Position numbers and translations under genes: made by a program
Notes under the pieces: generated by a model
Database searches by the model: none
Seen by the model: only the letters and a program-made list of their open reading frames with translations
Told to the model about the DNA's origin: nothing
In this document: in pieces, positions 11,731 to 25,769 of the stretch
Layout: each line of letters opens with the position of its first letter
Position numbering within the stretch: position 1 is the first letter of the stretch
Source: Chiloscyllium plagiosum
Taxonomy: Eukaryota
Reading direction: 5' to 3'
Assembly (NCBI RefSeq): GCF_004010195.1
Contig: NC_057718.1
Location: 101,342,629-101,406,628, forward strand
DNA: 64,000 bases

Positions 11731-12228
11731 GCACAGCAGGACAGGCAGCATCTGAGGAGCAGGAGAATCGATGTTTTGGGCAAAAGCCCTTCATCAGGAA
11801 TGAGGCTGTGAGCTGGATGGTGGGGGGGTGGAGGTGGTGGAGAGACAACTAGGAGGGGGTTGGAGCTGGGGGGAATGTAGCTGAGAGTGCAATAGGTGGA
11901 TGGAGGTGGGGGTAAAGGTGATAGGTCAGAGGGGACGGTGGTGCAGATAGGTGGGAAGGAAGATGGACAGGTAGGACAGGTCATGAGGGCGATGGAAGGT
12001 TAGAAGTGGGATAAGGTGGGGGGGAGGGGAAATGAGGAAACTGGTGAGTGAGGAAACTTTATCTCAGCTCCTCTATTTATCTGTCCACCCCCTCACCTCA
12101 CAGCCTCATTCCTGATGAAGGGCTTTTGCCCGAAACATCAACTCTCCTGCTCCTCGGATGCTGCCTGACCTTTTCTAGCACCACACTCTCGACTCTAATC
12201 TCTAGCATCTTCAGTTCTCACTTTTGCT
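11731..12228. mobile_element. PLE family A inverted pair (older); hammerhead core 12108-12143 (+)
   Basis: Purine-rich 3' region like 730-930; auuc CUGAUGA a gggc uuuu gccc GAAAC AUC; mirror core ~11766-11801. Confidence 0.8.
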
Positions 12229-13872
12229 GATGGACCGAATGGCCTACTACAGCTCCTAGTTCTAATCTTTTTATATACATCATATTTATAGTAATCGACA
12301 AGGTTGTTGGAATGCACCACCACTTAAGTTCCACTGGTCCATGGGTTACAACTTAAAATAAAAATCTTCGACCAGTTACCAACGTGAACACTTAGATACC
12401 TTATATCAAGTTTCAGACAAAATGATTTTTCAATTACATTTCTTCGTAAGCACAATTATTGCTTTATTATCAAAACAAAATGTAATCAATGAAGATGTAA
12501 TAATCGGTTAACATGCATAGTTAGTAATATAGAAATATAAATGTTTATCCCTGTAAACATCCCTAAAGCAAACAGGCGTGCACACATTCTGTAGAAAATG
12601 GAAATAAAAAGAACAGATTTTTTTATACAGAATTAGGTTTTCTGTGAAAAAAAATGCTTTGACTAGTAGGTTATTCTTGATGGCAAAAGGATAAGATGGA
12701 TGACTTCCCAGAGTATATTGTTCTGACAATGTGGTCAAGACACTCATAAAGTAGAGTTACCCGACACAAAATGTTAATTTTGCCTCCCAGTACAGCAGCA
12801 TCTAAATTTCTCTAACAGTGTCAGTTTTCATCACGACCAAAGCACAGTCGTGTCTGAAATCTTACAGACTCAACATACACCTAAATTACAATTTGCGAGA
12901 CATTCTGTCCATCACTCTTTCAAAAGGACAAGTGGGTTTCATCCTGAACTGATGCAGAGGGCTTTATTTTCAGAAATGGGACAGATCAGCTGGGCTGCCT
13001 GTTCAAAGCAGGCCTTCCTCCAACTCAGCTTGTTCTTTGCAAGCTGCCTTCCAGCTGAACCAGATAAAAAAGAATCTCTCAAAACCAGTCACTGTTCAGA
13101 AAGGGTCCACAGCAAAGCAGGTAGTTATCACTGGTCAGTTGATTTTGAGGAAGCATCGTTTTTTTTTTAAAAATCACTGATAACCATACAGGATTTCAAT
13201 GATTGTTTTAAAAGAAAACTTGAAATAAATTTATTTTTCAAACTTTTAGTCTTCCGAGCAATATTAAATGTGAAGACACTTGCTCATATTTCAGACAAAC
13301 AAAATTCTGGAGATTTTCTAATCAACTTGTTCAGAGATGTTATTACACATCTTTGGGCAGGTACAAGTTATGCTGAACAACAGGAACATTTTAATTAAAA
13401 ATTAACATTTTAATTTCTTCTGAGAGTCCCTCCCTCCTTTACTGCTGAGTCTTCAGACCTCAACTTGAGTTGTAGTTTGTCAGAATAAAAAACAAATATA
13501 TTGTAGTTAACAGCATCCATCCTCCCAGTGTAGCTGTGCTTTCTGGTGTTCAGGGATTTTCTTTTTCCCTTCAGACTGCTCCATTGGCCTTCACTTAACA
13601 CAGCAAAGAATTGCTGTTCGAAATGAGTATGCTCATGCTGGGTCCTCCAATTCACCAGAGGATTGAGTCGGTGGGTCATACTCATATGTAGACACACTCT
13701 TAATCCTTTTCTTTGAGTGATGTACAGGGCTTGTTCAATCCAGCCAAAACCCACAAATTGTAAATCTGATGTTAATCCTTCTTGGCATGCACCACTATGG
13801 CTATTCAGATAATAAGGTTTGATGGTCCTTGTTGTCAGACTTTAATGTTATATTCCTTCCCTGCTCCACGTA

Positions 13873-14010
13873 ATCACTCACTCGCTCACTGACTCACTCA
13901 CTCTCTCTCTCCCTGTTTTTTTTCTCTGTCTCTGTCTCTGTCTCTCTCTCCCACACACACACACATGCGCACAAACAGACACACACACACACACGTGCAG
14001 GAACACACAT
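13873..14010. repeat. Compound microsatellite (tcac)n/(tc)n/(ca)n
   Basis: Read directly from the sequence. Confidence 0.85.
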
Positions 14011-15904
14011 GCTTCATAAGAGAACTCTGGGTGGGACCCACTACTCCCTGGATATTAGCCAACAGGAAGGTACCTGGACCAGTGATTCTGATTTTTTTCC
14101 TCTCTCTCTCTATAACAAAGCTGATTACCTCCACCCTGCCAGTGGCCCAATAAAGAACAGGGTTGCTCTCTGAAGTTCTGTTATACTGCATCAAATCGTT
14201 TTGCAGGCCAGCATTACGTTTCATTACTACAACATGGTTGTGCAACCAAATATATTTTAGATGAATGGCTATAACTGCATACACAATGTGAACACAAGGG
14301 TAAATTTGAATGATTTAAGGCAGAGAGCAGATGGGATCTCTTCACACAAAGAGTTTATGAGGTGCGGGAATGTGTTACTGGAGCTGCCAGTTGAAACTGA
14401 GACCATGACAGCTTTCAAACTATGTTTGATGATTCATGGAAAAGGGATAACAGGAATAGGGTAGCATGTCGGAGTATGACACTGGCTAATGTGCAGGGTT
14501 TACGTGGTTTCAGACACACTGTCAAAGTGTGACCACTTCTATGTGATTCCACCTCAAGGTGAACAAGGAGCCAAATGTTCAGTATGAAATTCCAAGCTCT
14601 CATTTCATCGAAGGTGAAGACGTCTCATCTAAATGGCTCACTTCTCAATTCTCCCGAGTTTACCAGGTCCTTTAGCTGTGAGCTGAATGGGTGCCTGTAT
14701 TATCTATTGGCCTGCCTCACTCCCAGAGAGATGCAGAGGGTCTGCTCACAGGCCAACCAGTTTGCTAAAGTAGAATGATTGCATTGATGAACCGAGGGTT
14801 CAAACAGTATTGAAACTGTCGTAATGATGTGTGCTTTCATAATTGTCTGCAAATCCGTCAGAGCTCATTATTTCTGTGTTTTTATTATTCAAAAGAACTT
14901 CTCTGAAATATTATTGATGAGCCTGCACGGAATTCCAGTGAGAAATGGCACTTCCAGTCAGTAGGCACATGAACATTTGTATAAATTTTCACCCCCTAAA
15001 ACCGTTCATTCAGGTCACCTTTAGAGGAATTGTATGCTTTTAGGATAATAAAGCAACTTGCAAGTCAATTACTTGTTTTATGTGTTTCAAATAATATTTC
15101 ACAATGAGAGCATCTATCTTTCCTTCTCAGAGTGTGGAATTATTTATAGAGAAAATATTATGGAGTAGAATTCTACAACATTTGGGCCATGGCTTTTATG
15201 CTTGGTTTAGAATTGTCGTTACACTGATATGTATAAAACAGTTTCCATTATATGTCAGCCATTATATGGTGAGGGAATTGCTTCTACTCCCCAAATATTA
15301 GTAGATACAGAAGAAACAATAACTCAGTTTGGTGACACTCAGTGTTGTTCTACCATGGTTCGGAGTGCTCTGAATGTAAGCATTTTATGGATAAGTCAGG
15401 TCATCCAGTCATATGTGACTATCATCGAAATTTGTCCAGAATTTCAAAGGAGAAATTTAATCCTTTTTGCTTGTTATCATTGCACTTTTTCTTCATTTGC
15501 TCAATTTAGATAACTTTAAGGCGGCTGAAATTTCATTCCCAAATAACCTGCCGTTGAACTTTAAGTTACACAAAGTCAAGTCAATTTATCTGTCTCCATT
15601 TACGTCAGTAATGTGGATCAAACTTACCTCCACGCCATTTATTGTTACAGCAATGAGGGGAAAATTAACTGGAATTTCTGGTTAATATCCTAGCAATTTG
15701 CCACAGCATTCATGTTACGATCACTTTTTGTGCAGTAGCTAAATGGGCATGGCAGGATTATCTGGGTACCGATTAGAAGAAAGAAATGTTTGCCCCTTTC
15801 AGCACCCCAGGATAAGAGTGATTTATAGCCAAAAAATACTTTGGTGCCTGTCATAATGGAGGAAATGCAGCAGCTAATTAGCTCACAGCAGACCGGAATA
15901 CTTT

Positions 15905-18650
15905 TTAAAATTCATTTATAGGACTTGGATGTCACTGGCTGGCCAGAATTGACAACCCATCCCTATTTGCCCTTGAGAAGGTTGTGGTGAGCTGCCTTCT
16001 TGAATGACTGTAGTCCACTTGCTGTGGGTTGACCCACAATGCCAGTAGGGAGGGAATTCCAGGATTTTGACCCAATGACTGTGTGAAGGAACAGTGGTTT
16101 ACTTCCAAGTCAGGGTGGTGAGTGGCTTGGAGGGGAACTTGCAGGTGGTGGTACCTGCTGCCCTTGTCCTTCTAGATGAAAGTGGCCATCGGTATTTGGA
16201 TCTTTGGTGAATTTTTGCAGTGCATCTTGTGACAGTACACACTGCTGCTACTGAGCTCTGGTGGTGGAGGGATTGGATGTTTGTGGGTGTGGTGTCAGTC
16301 AAGCGGATTGCTTTGTCCTGGATGGTGTCAGCTTCTTGAGTGTTGTTGGAGCTGCACCCATCCAAGCAAGTGGGGAGTATTCCATCACACTCCTGACTTG
16401 TGCCTTGTAGATGTTGGATAGACTTTGGGGTGTCTGGAGGTGAGTTCCTTGCTGCAGTATCCCTCATGTCTGACCTGCTCTTGTAGCCGCTGTGTTTATG
16501 TGGTGAGTCCAGTTGAGTTGCTGGTTAATGGTAACCCCAAGGATGTTGACAGTGGGGGATTCAGTGCTGGTAATCCTGTTGAATGTCAAGGGGCAGTGGT
16601 TAGAGTGTCTTTTATTGGTGATGGTCATTGTCTGGTATTTGTGTGGCATGAATGTTCCTTGCCACTTGTCAGCCCAAGTCTGGATATTGTCCAGATCTTG
16701 TTGCATTTGAGCACGGACTGCTTTAGTATCTGAGGAGTCACGGATAGTGCTGACCATTGTGGAATCATCAGCGAACATTCCCACTTATGACTTATGACAG
16801 AGGGAAAGTCATTGATGAAGCAGCTGAAGATTGTTGGGCCTAGGACACTACCCTGAGGAACCCCTGCAGAGATGTCCTGGAGCTGAGATGACTGACCCTC
16901 ACAACCACAACCATCTTCCTTTGTGTCAGGTATGACTCTAACCAGTGGAGTGTTCGCCCCCTGATACCCATTGATTCCAGTTTTGCCAGGGCTCCTTGAT
17001 GCCATACTGGGTCAAATGTGGCCTTGATGTCAAGAGCTGTCACTCTCACCTCACCTCTGGCATTCAGCTCTTTTGTCCATGTTTGAACCAAGGCTATAAT
17101 GAGGTCAGGAGCTGAGTGGCTCTGGAGGAACCTAAACTGGGCGTCACTGAGCAGGTTAGTGCTGAGCAGGTGCTGCTGGATAGCACTGTGGATGACCTAT
17201 CACCTTATTGATGATGGAAAGTAGACTGATGGGGTGGTAATTGGCCAGGTTGGATTTGTCCTGATTTTTATGTACAGGACATACCTGGGCAATTTTCCCC
17301 ATTGTTGGGTAGATGCCAGTGTTGTAACTGTACTGGGACAGCTTGGCCAAGGGCGTAGCAAGTTGTGGAGCTCAAGCTTTCAGTACTGTTGTTGGAATGT
17401 TATCAGGGCCCATTGCCTTTTCAGTATCCAGTGCCTCCAGCCATTTCTTGATATCACGTGGAGTGAATCCAGTTGGCTGGAGACTGGTAGCTGTTATGCT
17501 GGGGACCACTGGAGGAGCCCGAGATGGATCATCTACTTGGCACTTCTGACTGAAGATTGTTGCGAATGCATCAGCTTTATCCTTTGCACTGATGTGCTGG
17601 GCTCCCCAACCATTGTGAATTGGGATATTTGTCGAGCCCCCTCCTCCAGTGAGTTATTTAATTGTCCACCACCATTCACAACTGGATGTGGAAGGACTGC
17701 AGAGCTTAGATCTGATTGGTTGGCTGTGGGATCACTTACCTCTGCCTATAGATGCCATTTGGCATGCAAGTCGTCCTGTTTGGTAGTTTCACCAGATTGA
17801 CACCTTGTTTTTAGCTATACCTGGTGCTACTCCTTGTGTGACCTCCTGCACTCTCCATTGAACCAGGGTCGATGCCCTGACTTGATGGTTATGGTTGAGT
17901 GGGGGATATGCCGGGCCATGGTGCCACACAACACGATGGAGGTTATTCTCAATGTGAAGATGGGACTTCACCTCCACAAGGACAGTATATTGGTCATTTT
18001 TGTCGATACTGTCATGGACAAATGCTTTTACAGCCGTCAGATTAGTAAGGATGAGGTCAAGTATGTTTTTTTCCTCTTGTTGCTTCCTTCCCCACTTGCC
18101 ACAGTCCCAGTCGAGCAATTATATCCTTCAGGACCTGACCAGCAATGCTGCTGCCGAGCCATTCTTGGTGGTGGACATTGAAATCCCCCACCCAGAGTAC
18201 ATTGTGCGTCCTTGCCAACCTCAGTGCTTCCTCCAAGTGTGGTTCAACATGGAGGAATACTGATTTATCAGCCAAAGAAGCCAAAACCAATAAGAGGTTT
18301 CCTTGCCCATGTTTAACCTGAAGCCATGAGAATTCATGGGGTCTGGAGTCAATGTCAAAGGCTCTCATGGCAACTCCTTCCTGACTGTATCCCACAGTGC
18401 TGCCATCACTGCTGGGTCTGTCCTGCTGGTGGGACAGGACACATCCAGGGATGGTAATGGAAGTGTCTGAGGTGTTATCTGTAAGATTTGATTCTGTGAG
18501 AATGACTATATCAGGCTGTTGCTGGACTAGTCTGTGAGACAGCTCTCCCGATTTCGGCACTAGCCCCCAGATGTTTGTAAGGAGGACTTTGCTTGGTCGA
18601 CAGGACTGTTTGTGTTTTTGCTGTTGTTCCTGTCCCAAGGTCAATTCCAG
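15905..18650 (-). mobile_element. Large degenerate CR1/L2-clade LINE ORF2 (APE + RT) with 3' UTR
   Basis: LLTNIWGL..QPDIVILTES and VGDFNVHH (APE); ILDLILTN, NYHPISLLS, ALDIKATFD, GVPQGSVLGP, MFADD (RT); many frameshifts. Confidence 0.9.
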
Positions 18651-18657
18651 GTGAGGT

Positions 18658-18917
18658 CAGACCCATTCCCCTACCCTATTACTCTACATTTACCCCTGAC
18701 TAATGTACCTAACCTACACATCCCTGAACATTATGGGTAATCTAGCATGGCCAATTCATCTGTCCTGCACATCTTTGGATTGTGGGATGAGACTGGAGCA
18801 CCCGGAGAAACCCACACGGACACGGGGAGAATGTGCAAACTCCACATAGACAGTTGCCTGAGGCTGGAATCAAACCTGGGTCCCAGTAGTGCTAACCACT
18901 GAGCTACCGTGCCACCC
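18658..18917 (-). mobile_element. HE1-like tRNA SINE
   Basis: Reverse complement of the 10497 family. Confidence 0.85.
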
Positions 18918-18929
18918 ACTGTTTTTGAC

Positions 18930-19330
18930 TGCTTTTTAAGGTTAAATTTATGGGGTTGACTATTACATGGATACTATTTTTGAGGGGCTGAAATTCACAC
19001 CCATTAACATTCATACCACTTCATTAGCAGAAGCCCAATTGATCTCTAAACGAATGAAAAAAACAGTGAATTATGGTAATTCTGAAAAGCTGGAGTGGCA
19101 TAAACAGCCAGTGGACTGGAAGACTGGGAGCGGAACGAAACAACTGGCTGACTGGAATCCTGGAGTGGGACGTGATGGCCAGCACACTGACTCATGAACG
19201 TTAATCTGTTATCTGTGAAGAACTAGGGTCGACTTTTACACGTGATATATGGAAAATGTCAGGTTATTTGGCCAAAAATAGAGGGGTCAACTTTTACATG
19301 AGATTGACTCTTACTCGAGTATACATGGTA
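18930..19330. mobile_element. Partial pogo/Tc2-like DNA-transposon MITE (right end)
   Basis: Repeated ggtcgacttttacac subterminal motifs and terminal tactcgagtatacatgg-TA; left end not found. Confidence 0.5.
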
Positions 19331-19399
19331 GTTCTGAGTCCGAATGGTTTGTAGCTTGGATTGGAGCTTGCAGACGGTGGATTTGTGATATATTGTGTT

Positions 19400-20243
19400 C
19401 ATTTCTGGAATCTGAATTTTTAAAATAGAGACAGATTTTGGTTTCATATCTGTGAAGGTTTTTTTTTAAGATCAGAAAGTAATTTGGAACAGTGACCAAA
19501 GCACATTTCCAAGAAACTGTGTAATTCAGACAAGTGCTGAGCGGGATAGCTATAGTCCTAATTGAGGAAATGCTTATTCTGCTCAGTTTATGACAGACAG
19601 AGCAACACAGCTAAGGAATCATTAGCTTTTGTTTTGACTTCACCTGAGAAGAATGAGGAGTGGAGGTCAGAAGGGTCAAGGTTTCAGTTCGAGAGAACAT
19701 TTGGACTCTAACAGCTAGGTTTTAGTTTATGACGTCTGTAACTTCTGAGGGTTTGTGCTGAGGTTCCCACATTGTCAGAACCGAAAAGGAGTTTAAACCA
19801 GAAGTCCGAGAAGGTCAATGAGAAACAATTCATAAAACATTTGCAAAAATCCCAGAAGGAAAGCTAGATCAAGCCAATTAAGTAAGAAATTTAAGAGTTG
19901 AAATAGAAGTGATATTGTTCTGGTATCTGAGCATCTACATTGCTGGGAAACCAATTAAAACTTTGTTTACTGTTAATGTGAAGATCTTTCTAAACTGTCT
20001 TTTACCTGTACTTCGTATTTTTGGCTTATGTTTAAATCTTTTAAAACTGCAATACATCTTTTTTTATTTCTCTTTTATATAACAAATGTCTGCTTTTGTA
20101 AAAGATCGTTTGCATTCACATTTGGATTGTGTTCTAGTGACTAACCACTGTGGTAACCAAAAATTAAATCTATGATTTACCAAGCCAGGTTTTACTCTGG
20201 GATATTACTTGCCCAGTATTGCTGTCAACTGGGATCACAACAG
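19400..20243 (+). mobile_element. LTR-like interspersed repeat (possible solo LTR)
   Basis: Shares the 3' end ..gtatt..ctgggatcacaaca and internal aatgt(g/t)aagatctttc with 44882-45633. Confidence 0.4.
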
Positions 20244-20244
20244 T

Positions 20245-21330
20245 GTCCCCATGTGTCTATTGCCCTTGTCCTTCCAGGTGGCAACAGTCACAGGTTTGGA
20301 AAATACGATTGGAGGATCCTTAGTGAGTTACTACAGTGCATCTTGTAGATGGTACATACTGCTGCTACTGTGTGAGGGGAGTGAATGTTGAAGGAGGTAG
20401 GCAGAATATCAATCAAGAGAGCTGCATGGGCCTGGATGGTGTCAACTGTCTTGAGTATTGTTGGAGCTGCACCCATCCAGGCAAGTGGGGAGTATTCCAG
20501 CACCTAGAGGCATGAAGTCATACAGCACGGAAACAGACCCTTCAGTCCAACCAGTCCATGCCAACTATAATCCCAAACTAAACTGACTTCGAGTGTCTGA
20601 GCTCGGCCCATACCCCTCCAAACATTTCATATTGATGTACTTATCCAAATGTCTTTTCAACGTGGTAACTTTACCGACATCCACCACTTCCTCAGGAATT
20701 CATTCCACACACGAACCAGTTGGTGAAAAAAAAAGTTAGTCCTCATGACTTTTTAAAATCTTTCTCTTCTCACCTTAAAAATGTCCCTAGTCTTGAAATT
20801 CCCCCACCCTAAGACTCTGGCATTCATCTTACCTATATCTCTCATGATCTTATAAATCTCTATAATGTCTCCCTTCAACTTCCTACACTTGCACCTTGTA
20901 GATGGTGGACAGGTTTTGGGAGTTAGGAGGTGAGTTACTTGCTACTGAATTCCCAGCCTCTGCCTTGCTCTTGTAGCCACAGTATTTATACAGCTGGTCT
21001 GGTTTGGTTTCTGGTCAACGATGACCTTTTGGGTATTGATGATGAGGGACTTGCAGATTGTGATGCTGATGAATGTTGGGGGAAATGTTTTGATTCTTCT
21101 CTGGGGGAGGTGGTTATTGTCTGGTATGTGTGCAGTGTGATGATGATCTGCCACTTCTCAGGCCAATTCTGAAACCTGCCCAGATCTTGTAGCACTTGGG
21201 TAGGGACTGCTACATGGCTGAGGAGTTGTGAATGGAACTAAACAGAGAAACACCTTTAGCAAATGTCCCCATTTCTGATTATTTAATGGAGGGAGAACAT
21301 TGATGTCTGGGCCCAGGACATGGTCCAGTG
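20245..21330 (-). mobile_element. L2/CR1-clade LINE 3' fragment with a nested CR1 3' end (~20505-20885)
   Basis: MLEYSPLAWMGAAP, same family as 15905-18650; the nested piece carries the CR1 3' UTR. Confidence 0.7.
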
Positions 21331-21949
21331 GTGCTTGGGGCTAAGATAAGGCTATCATCCTTGAGTATGGGATCATTCCTCTGAATCGAAAGGAATTACA
21401 TTGAAGACATTAAACCGTCCTCTCTCCATGCAGGTGCAATCTGACCTGGATATTTCCAGTGTTTTCTGTGTTTTTTCAGACTGCAAGCATTAATAATTTT
21501 TTTATAACCACATTGACTTTATTTGACTTCTGAATATCATTATATTTAATGGACAGGTACATCAAGTCCTGTCTTCTGTAAGATATTGGTGCACTTGAGT
21601 GCAGGGTATATCTGCCAGATTGTGGGACTTTCTAATATGCAAATACATGATATAAATCCTGTCTTTTTAAGCATGTCATCAGTATGGGAGGAATGACAAT
21701 TGGCCATTTTACATCATTCTCTAACTCCTGACCTTAGGAAGGTTTGCGAAACATTGCTGAAAGTTCATTATTTCAGACTCCACGGGCCATCTTCATTCAG
21801 TCTCCTATCCTTCATGTTGTACAGTTAAGTTTTTTAGCTCATTCAAGTATTTGATGCTTTCAAATGACAGTGATTGATTATTGAGTTAGTGGCAGACACT
21901 ACCAGAGGACAATAAATGGAACCTGGAACCTGTATCTGCAATGCATACA

Positions 21950-22056
21950 AAGACACACACCACACTCTCCCTCTCTCTCTCTTTCACACACGCACAAACA
22001 CACACGCAGTCTTTCTCTCATGCACACACACACTCTCTCACACCACACACACACGC
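21950..22056. repeat. (CA)/(CT) microsatellite
   Basis: Read directly from the sequence. Confidence 0.8.
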
Positions 22057-22387
22057 GTACATGTATGAACAGCTGAAAGGTATTCTCATATATTTCTCCC
22101 GATTTGAAGGTCTGACAAGTTGAGTCCAGTGATGGATATTAAACGTCGCTCTCTCTATGAAAACCTCTTCTGCACAGATGGTGTTTGATTGCACCTTTTT
22201 CGATTTTCATCCAGCTACACTGTATAAAAATACAGTGAGCTAATGAGTGCCTTCTTGATAAAATACTTCAGAGCAAATGCTACTCTTCTAAAAAAAGGGT
22301 AGCTAGCTCTAAAAATACTTTTATTTCATGAATATAAAATATAAATATAAAGTTAATAGGATAGTTTGTTTATTTGCATTTGGTATT

Positions 22388-22570
22388 TTGCCTCTGCCTT
22401 TCTCTGTCCCTCCCTTTCTCCCTTTCTCTATTGCTATCTCTCACTGTGTCTCCCTCTTCGTCTCTCTCTCTCTTTCTGACTATCCCTGTGACTCTCTCAC
22501 ATTTTGACTCTCCATCTTTCTCTCTCTGTCTCTCTCTAGTTCTGTACCTCCTTCTAGGTCCGTACTTCTG

Positions 22571-22603
<33 letters not shown>

Positions 22604-22800
22604 TGGTCTCTTGGTCTCTCTCTCTTTCTGTCTCTCTCTCTGGATGTGTCCTTCTCCCTCCCTCTCTGTCTCAATCCCTCTGATTCTCTTTACCTCTTTG
22701 TCTCCGTCTCCCTCTCTCTCTCCTTCTCTCTAATTCTGTTCCTTTTGTTCTCTATTCTCTATTCTCTCTCTCAAGTTCTGCTTCTTTCTCCTTCCCTGTG
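22388..22800. repeat. Degenerate (CT)n pyrimidine-rich low-complexity tract
   Basis: Read directly from the sequence. Confidence 0.85.
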
Positions 22801-23145
22801 CATCTGTTTCTGCTGAAAGGTGGTGCAGTCGATGCAGCTGTTCCCTTATCCTGGAGTGTTTGAAGCTATTAGGCCTGGAACTTTTTTCGGACATTGTAGA
22901 TAAGCCATCAGATGACAAAGTGCCATAAGCCATCAGACTCTGGCGGCTGACGACAAGAGCATGTTTATTAATCAAGCTCTTGAGCATGCCATGCTGATTA
23001 GGCTGTACCCTGGGCCTCCCAGCCTGTTTAAGCGTCAGTTCCCAAAACTGAGTGAGTTTCCATGGTTTTGTATTGCTAAGGATGGACAGAGTGGCGATAC
23101 TTTTGTTGCAGCTTCAAAACAATGTGTTTGTGTTGTTTGTAGCTA

Positions 23146-23348
23146 CAGGTAGTTCTTTCATAATGCGATGGTTGCATTCTTGTTTAACCCACATGATAGA
23201 AAAATCGCACTTTAGAAACAGCACTTAAAGTTTCAGCGATGCAATCACCCTATAGCCAACGCATGTTTTAAAACTTCACGCTTTAGAAACAGTGCCCGCA
23301 ATTTGTCAATTCGTGTCAACGAAACGCGCGTTATAGCTGAACGACCTG
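23146..23348. mobile_element. Tc1/mariner (Tigger/pogo-like) MITE, 203 bp
   Basis: TA TSDs at 23144-45 and 23349-50; imperfect TIRs caggtagttc..ataatgcg vs reverse-complemented caggtcgttc..ataacgcg. Confidence 0.75.
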
Positions 23349-23694
23349 TATAACTTGACCCGGTGGCTCTGCATTTTGTTTGGTATTTATCCTGCACCTC
23401 TCATGTGATAAAACATCTCAAAGCTCTTCACAGGGGCATTGCAAAGCAGAATGTGACACCAAGCCACATCAGGAGATAGTGCAACAAACAGACACAGGTT
23501 TGGCCAAGGAAACAAGCAGAGGGAGAGAGGCCGAGAGGTTTTATGGGATATTCCACTGCTTGGTGTGCAGGCAATTCAAGGTCTGCAAGTGGAGGATTGA
23601 TTCAGAGAGGCTGAAATTGGAAGTGCACTGCTTGTTGGAGGGTCATGGCTAGTGATCATTTTAATGAAGGATAAAGCAAAGCATTGCAGTCAAC

Positions 23695-23904
23695 AAGATC
23701 TCTGAAAGTTGCCACCCAGGTAAATAATGCGGTGAAGAAGGCATATGGCCATACTGGCTTTTATTGGTAGAGGAATTGAGTTCCGGAGCCCTGAGGTCAT
23801 GTTGCAGTTGTATGGGCTAGTGTAGGTTAGGTGGGCTTGGATCGGCGCAACATCGAGGGCCAAAGGGCCTGTACTGTGCCGTATTTTTCTATGTTCTATG
23901 TTCC
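23695..23904 (+). mobile_element. Internally deleted CR1 3' fragment
   Basis: ctgaaagttgccacccagg..ggtcatgttgcagttgta fused to a 3' UTR ending (ctatgtt)n. Confidence 0.7.
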
Positions 23905-24599
23905 ATATTGGGAAATGTTGGTTCAGGAGTGGGAAAGAGGTGAGGCTGTACAGTGATTTGCAAACAAGGATACAAATTTTAAAATCAAGCTGTTGTTTAA
24001 GTTGTATCCAATGTAGGTCAGCAAGGTCAGGGGTGATGGATGAACACTCAGTGTGAGTGAGGTAGTAGAGATTTGAATGATTTCAAGTCTGCAGGGGTTA
24101 CGATGTGGGATACCGGCTAGGAATGCTTGAGGATATTCAAGGGAATAGAGGCGTAGGTAAACAAAATGCATTCTCGTTTCCTGCAAAAAGTTGAATTGAA
24201 GACATCCTCTGCATTCTACAACAGAATAAATAGATGTCAACGAGCAGTATTAATTTCACCAAACGGCATTGGACAGGAAGATTGATACCAGCTCTGTAAA
24301 GCCTTAGTTCAACAGAATAACTTGTCAACTGTACGTTTGTAAAATTTGTTCTAAAGCAACATGCCGTGATAATTAGTACTCGGCACATTCTTACTTGGAG
24401 TCTGCAGCTGACTGATAATCAAAGTATCTGAAATGTGGCAGAATATATTATTTCCCTCATTCCACACGGTGTCTCTATTTTTTTTACGTGCCAGCAGAAA
24501 AATAACCATTCCATTAGCTGCAAAGATTAATGGTCTTTATTTTGAAGCTGTTTATAGTCGAGGTGCGTCTCATTTAGACCAAGAACTCTGATCAATTCT

Positions 24600-24850
24600 T
24601 GGAATCAAAACAGAAATTGCTGGAGAAACTCAGCAAGCCTGGCAGCATCTGTGGAGAGAGGAACAGAAGTTAACGTTTGAAGTCCGGTATGACTCTTCTC
24701 CACGTTTGAAGTATTGAAGTGTAAGTCCAAAGAGGAGTCATAGCAACGCAAAACGTTAACTCCGTTTCTCTTTCCACAAATGCTGCCAGACTTGTTGAGT
24801 TTCTCCCGCGATTTCTGCTTTTATTTCAGCTCTCCAGCATCCACAGTACT
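24600..24850. mobile_element. PLE family C inverted pair
   Basis: gctggagaaactcagca../..ttgttgagtttctccc arms; aaaacgttaact core remnant. Confidence 0.65.
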
Positions 24851-24951
24851 TGGGCTCAAATTCAGGAATTTGTCAGAGCGCTTCCATTCTAAACGTTTTA
24901 CAGCTTTAAGTTACGAGCAGTGATAATTTTAAGCAATGGCAATGAAGGATA

Positions 24952-25226
24952 GAACATAGAACAATACAATGTAGAATTGGCCCTTCGGCCCTCGATGTTG
25001 CGCCGACCTGTGAACTATTTTCAGCTCGTCCCCCTACACTATCCCAAAATCATCCATGTGCTTATCTAAGGAGTGTTTAAATCTCTCTAATGTGGCTGAG
25101 TTGACTACATTAGCAGGTAGTGCATTCCACGCCCTTACCACTCTCTGCGTCGAATCTGTCTTAAGTCTATCATCTGTCTTAAGTCTATCACCCCTCAATT
25201 TGTAGTTACGCCCTCTCCTACATGCT
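24952..25226 (-). mobile_element. CR1 3' end insertion
   Basis: agaacatagaac tail, ggcccttcggccctcgatgttgcgccg; gata duplicated at both ends. Confidence 0.8.
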
Positions 25227-25769
25227 GATAAAGCAAAGCATTGCAGTCAACTGGATATTAGAAAATCTTGGTCACGCTGAAGTGGGTGCACTTGAACATC
25301 TTAAAATGACACAGAAAAGGAAGGAGGTTGTTGTATGAGGGAGTTAGAGCTGAAAGAGATAGCTCTGCACATCTCTTCTGGGAGAAGCTAACCAGGGCTT
25401 CTAAAGATTAACCTGTTTTGTGTACCAGAATGTTTCCCCAGAAGCAATATGAACTTACTCTTAAATTGAGACTGATGTCTCATCTCACATACAATGCAAG
25501 GTAAAGTCACACAGTCCCACTCTCACCTTAGAGACAGACAATTGCTGGGAGTTTAACCTGAGGGTCACCACACCTCACGGACAGTGGAGAAGGCAGGAAT
25601 TGAACTCCACTGTTGGTGTCACTCTGCATCACAATCCAGCCATCCAACCAACTGAGGTATCCAATCCCCATATGTAATGTAACCAGCTATTAAGTGATGT
25701 GTAATAAACACATTCTGATTAAGAAAGACTGAGCCTACCTTCTATCTCGTTCATCCTGGTCTGTGCATT

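Noticed and set aside
22370..22816. Arg/Glu-rich and Leu/Ser-rich ORFs
   Set aside because: Translation of a (CT)n low-complexity tract.
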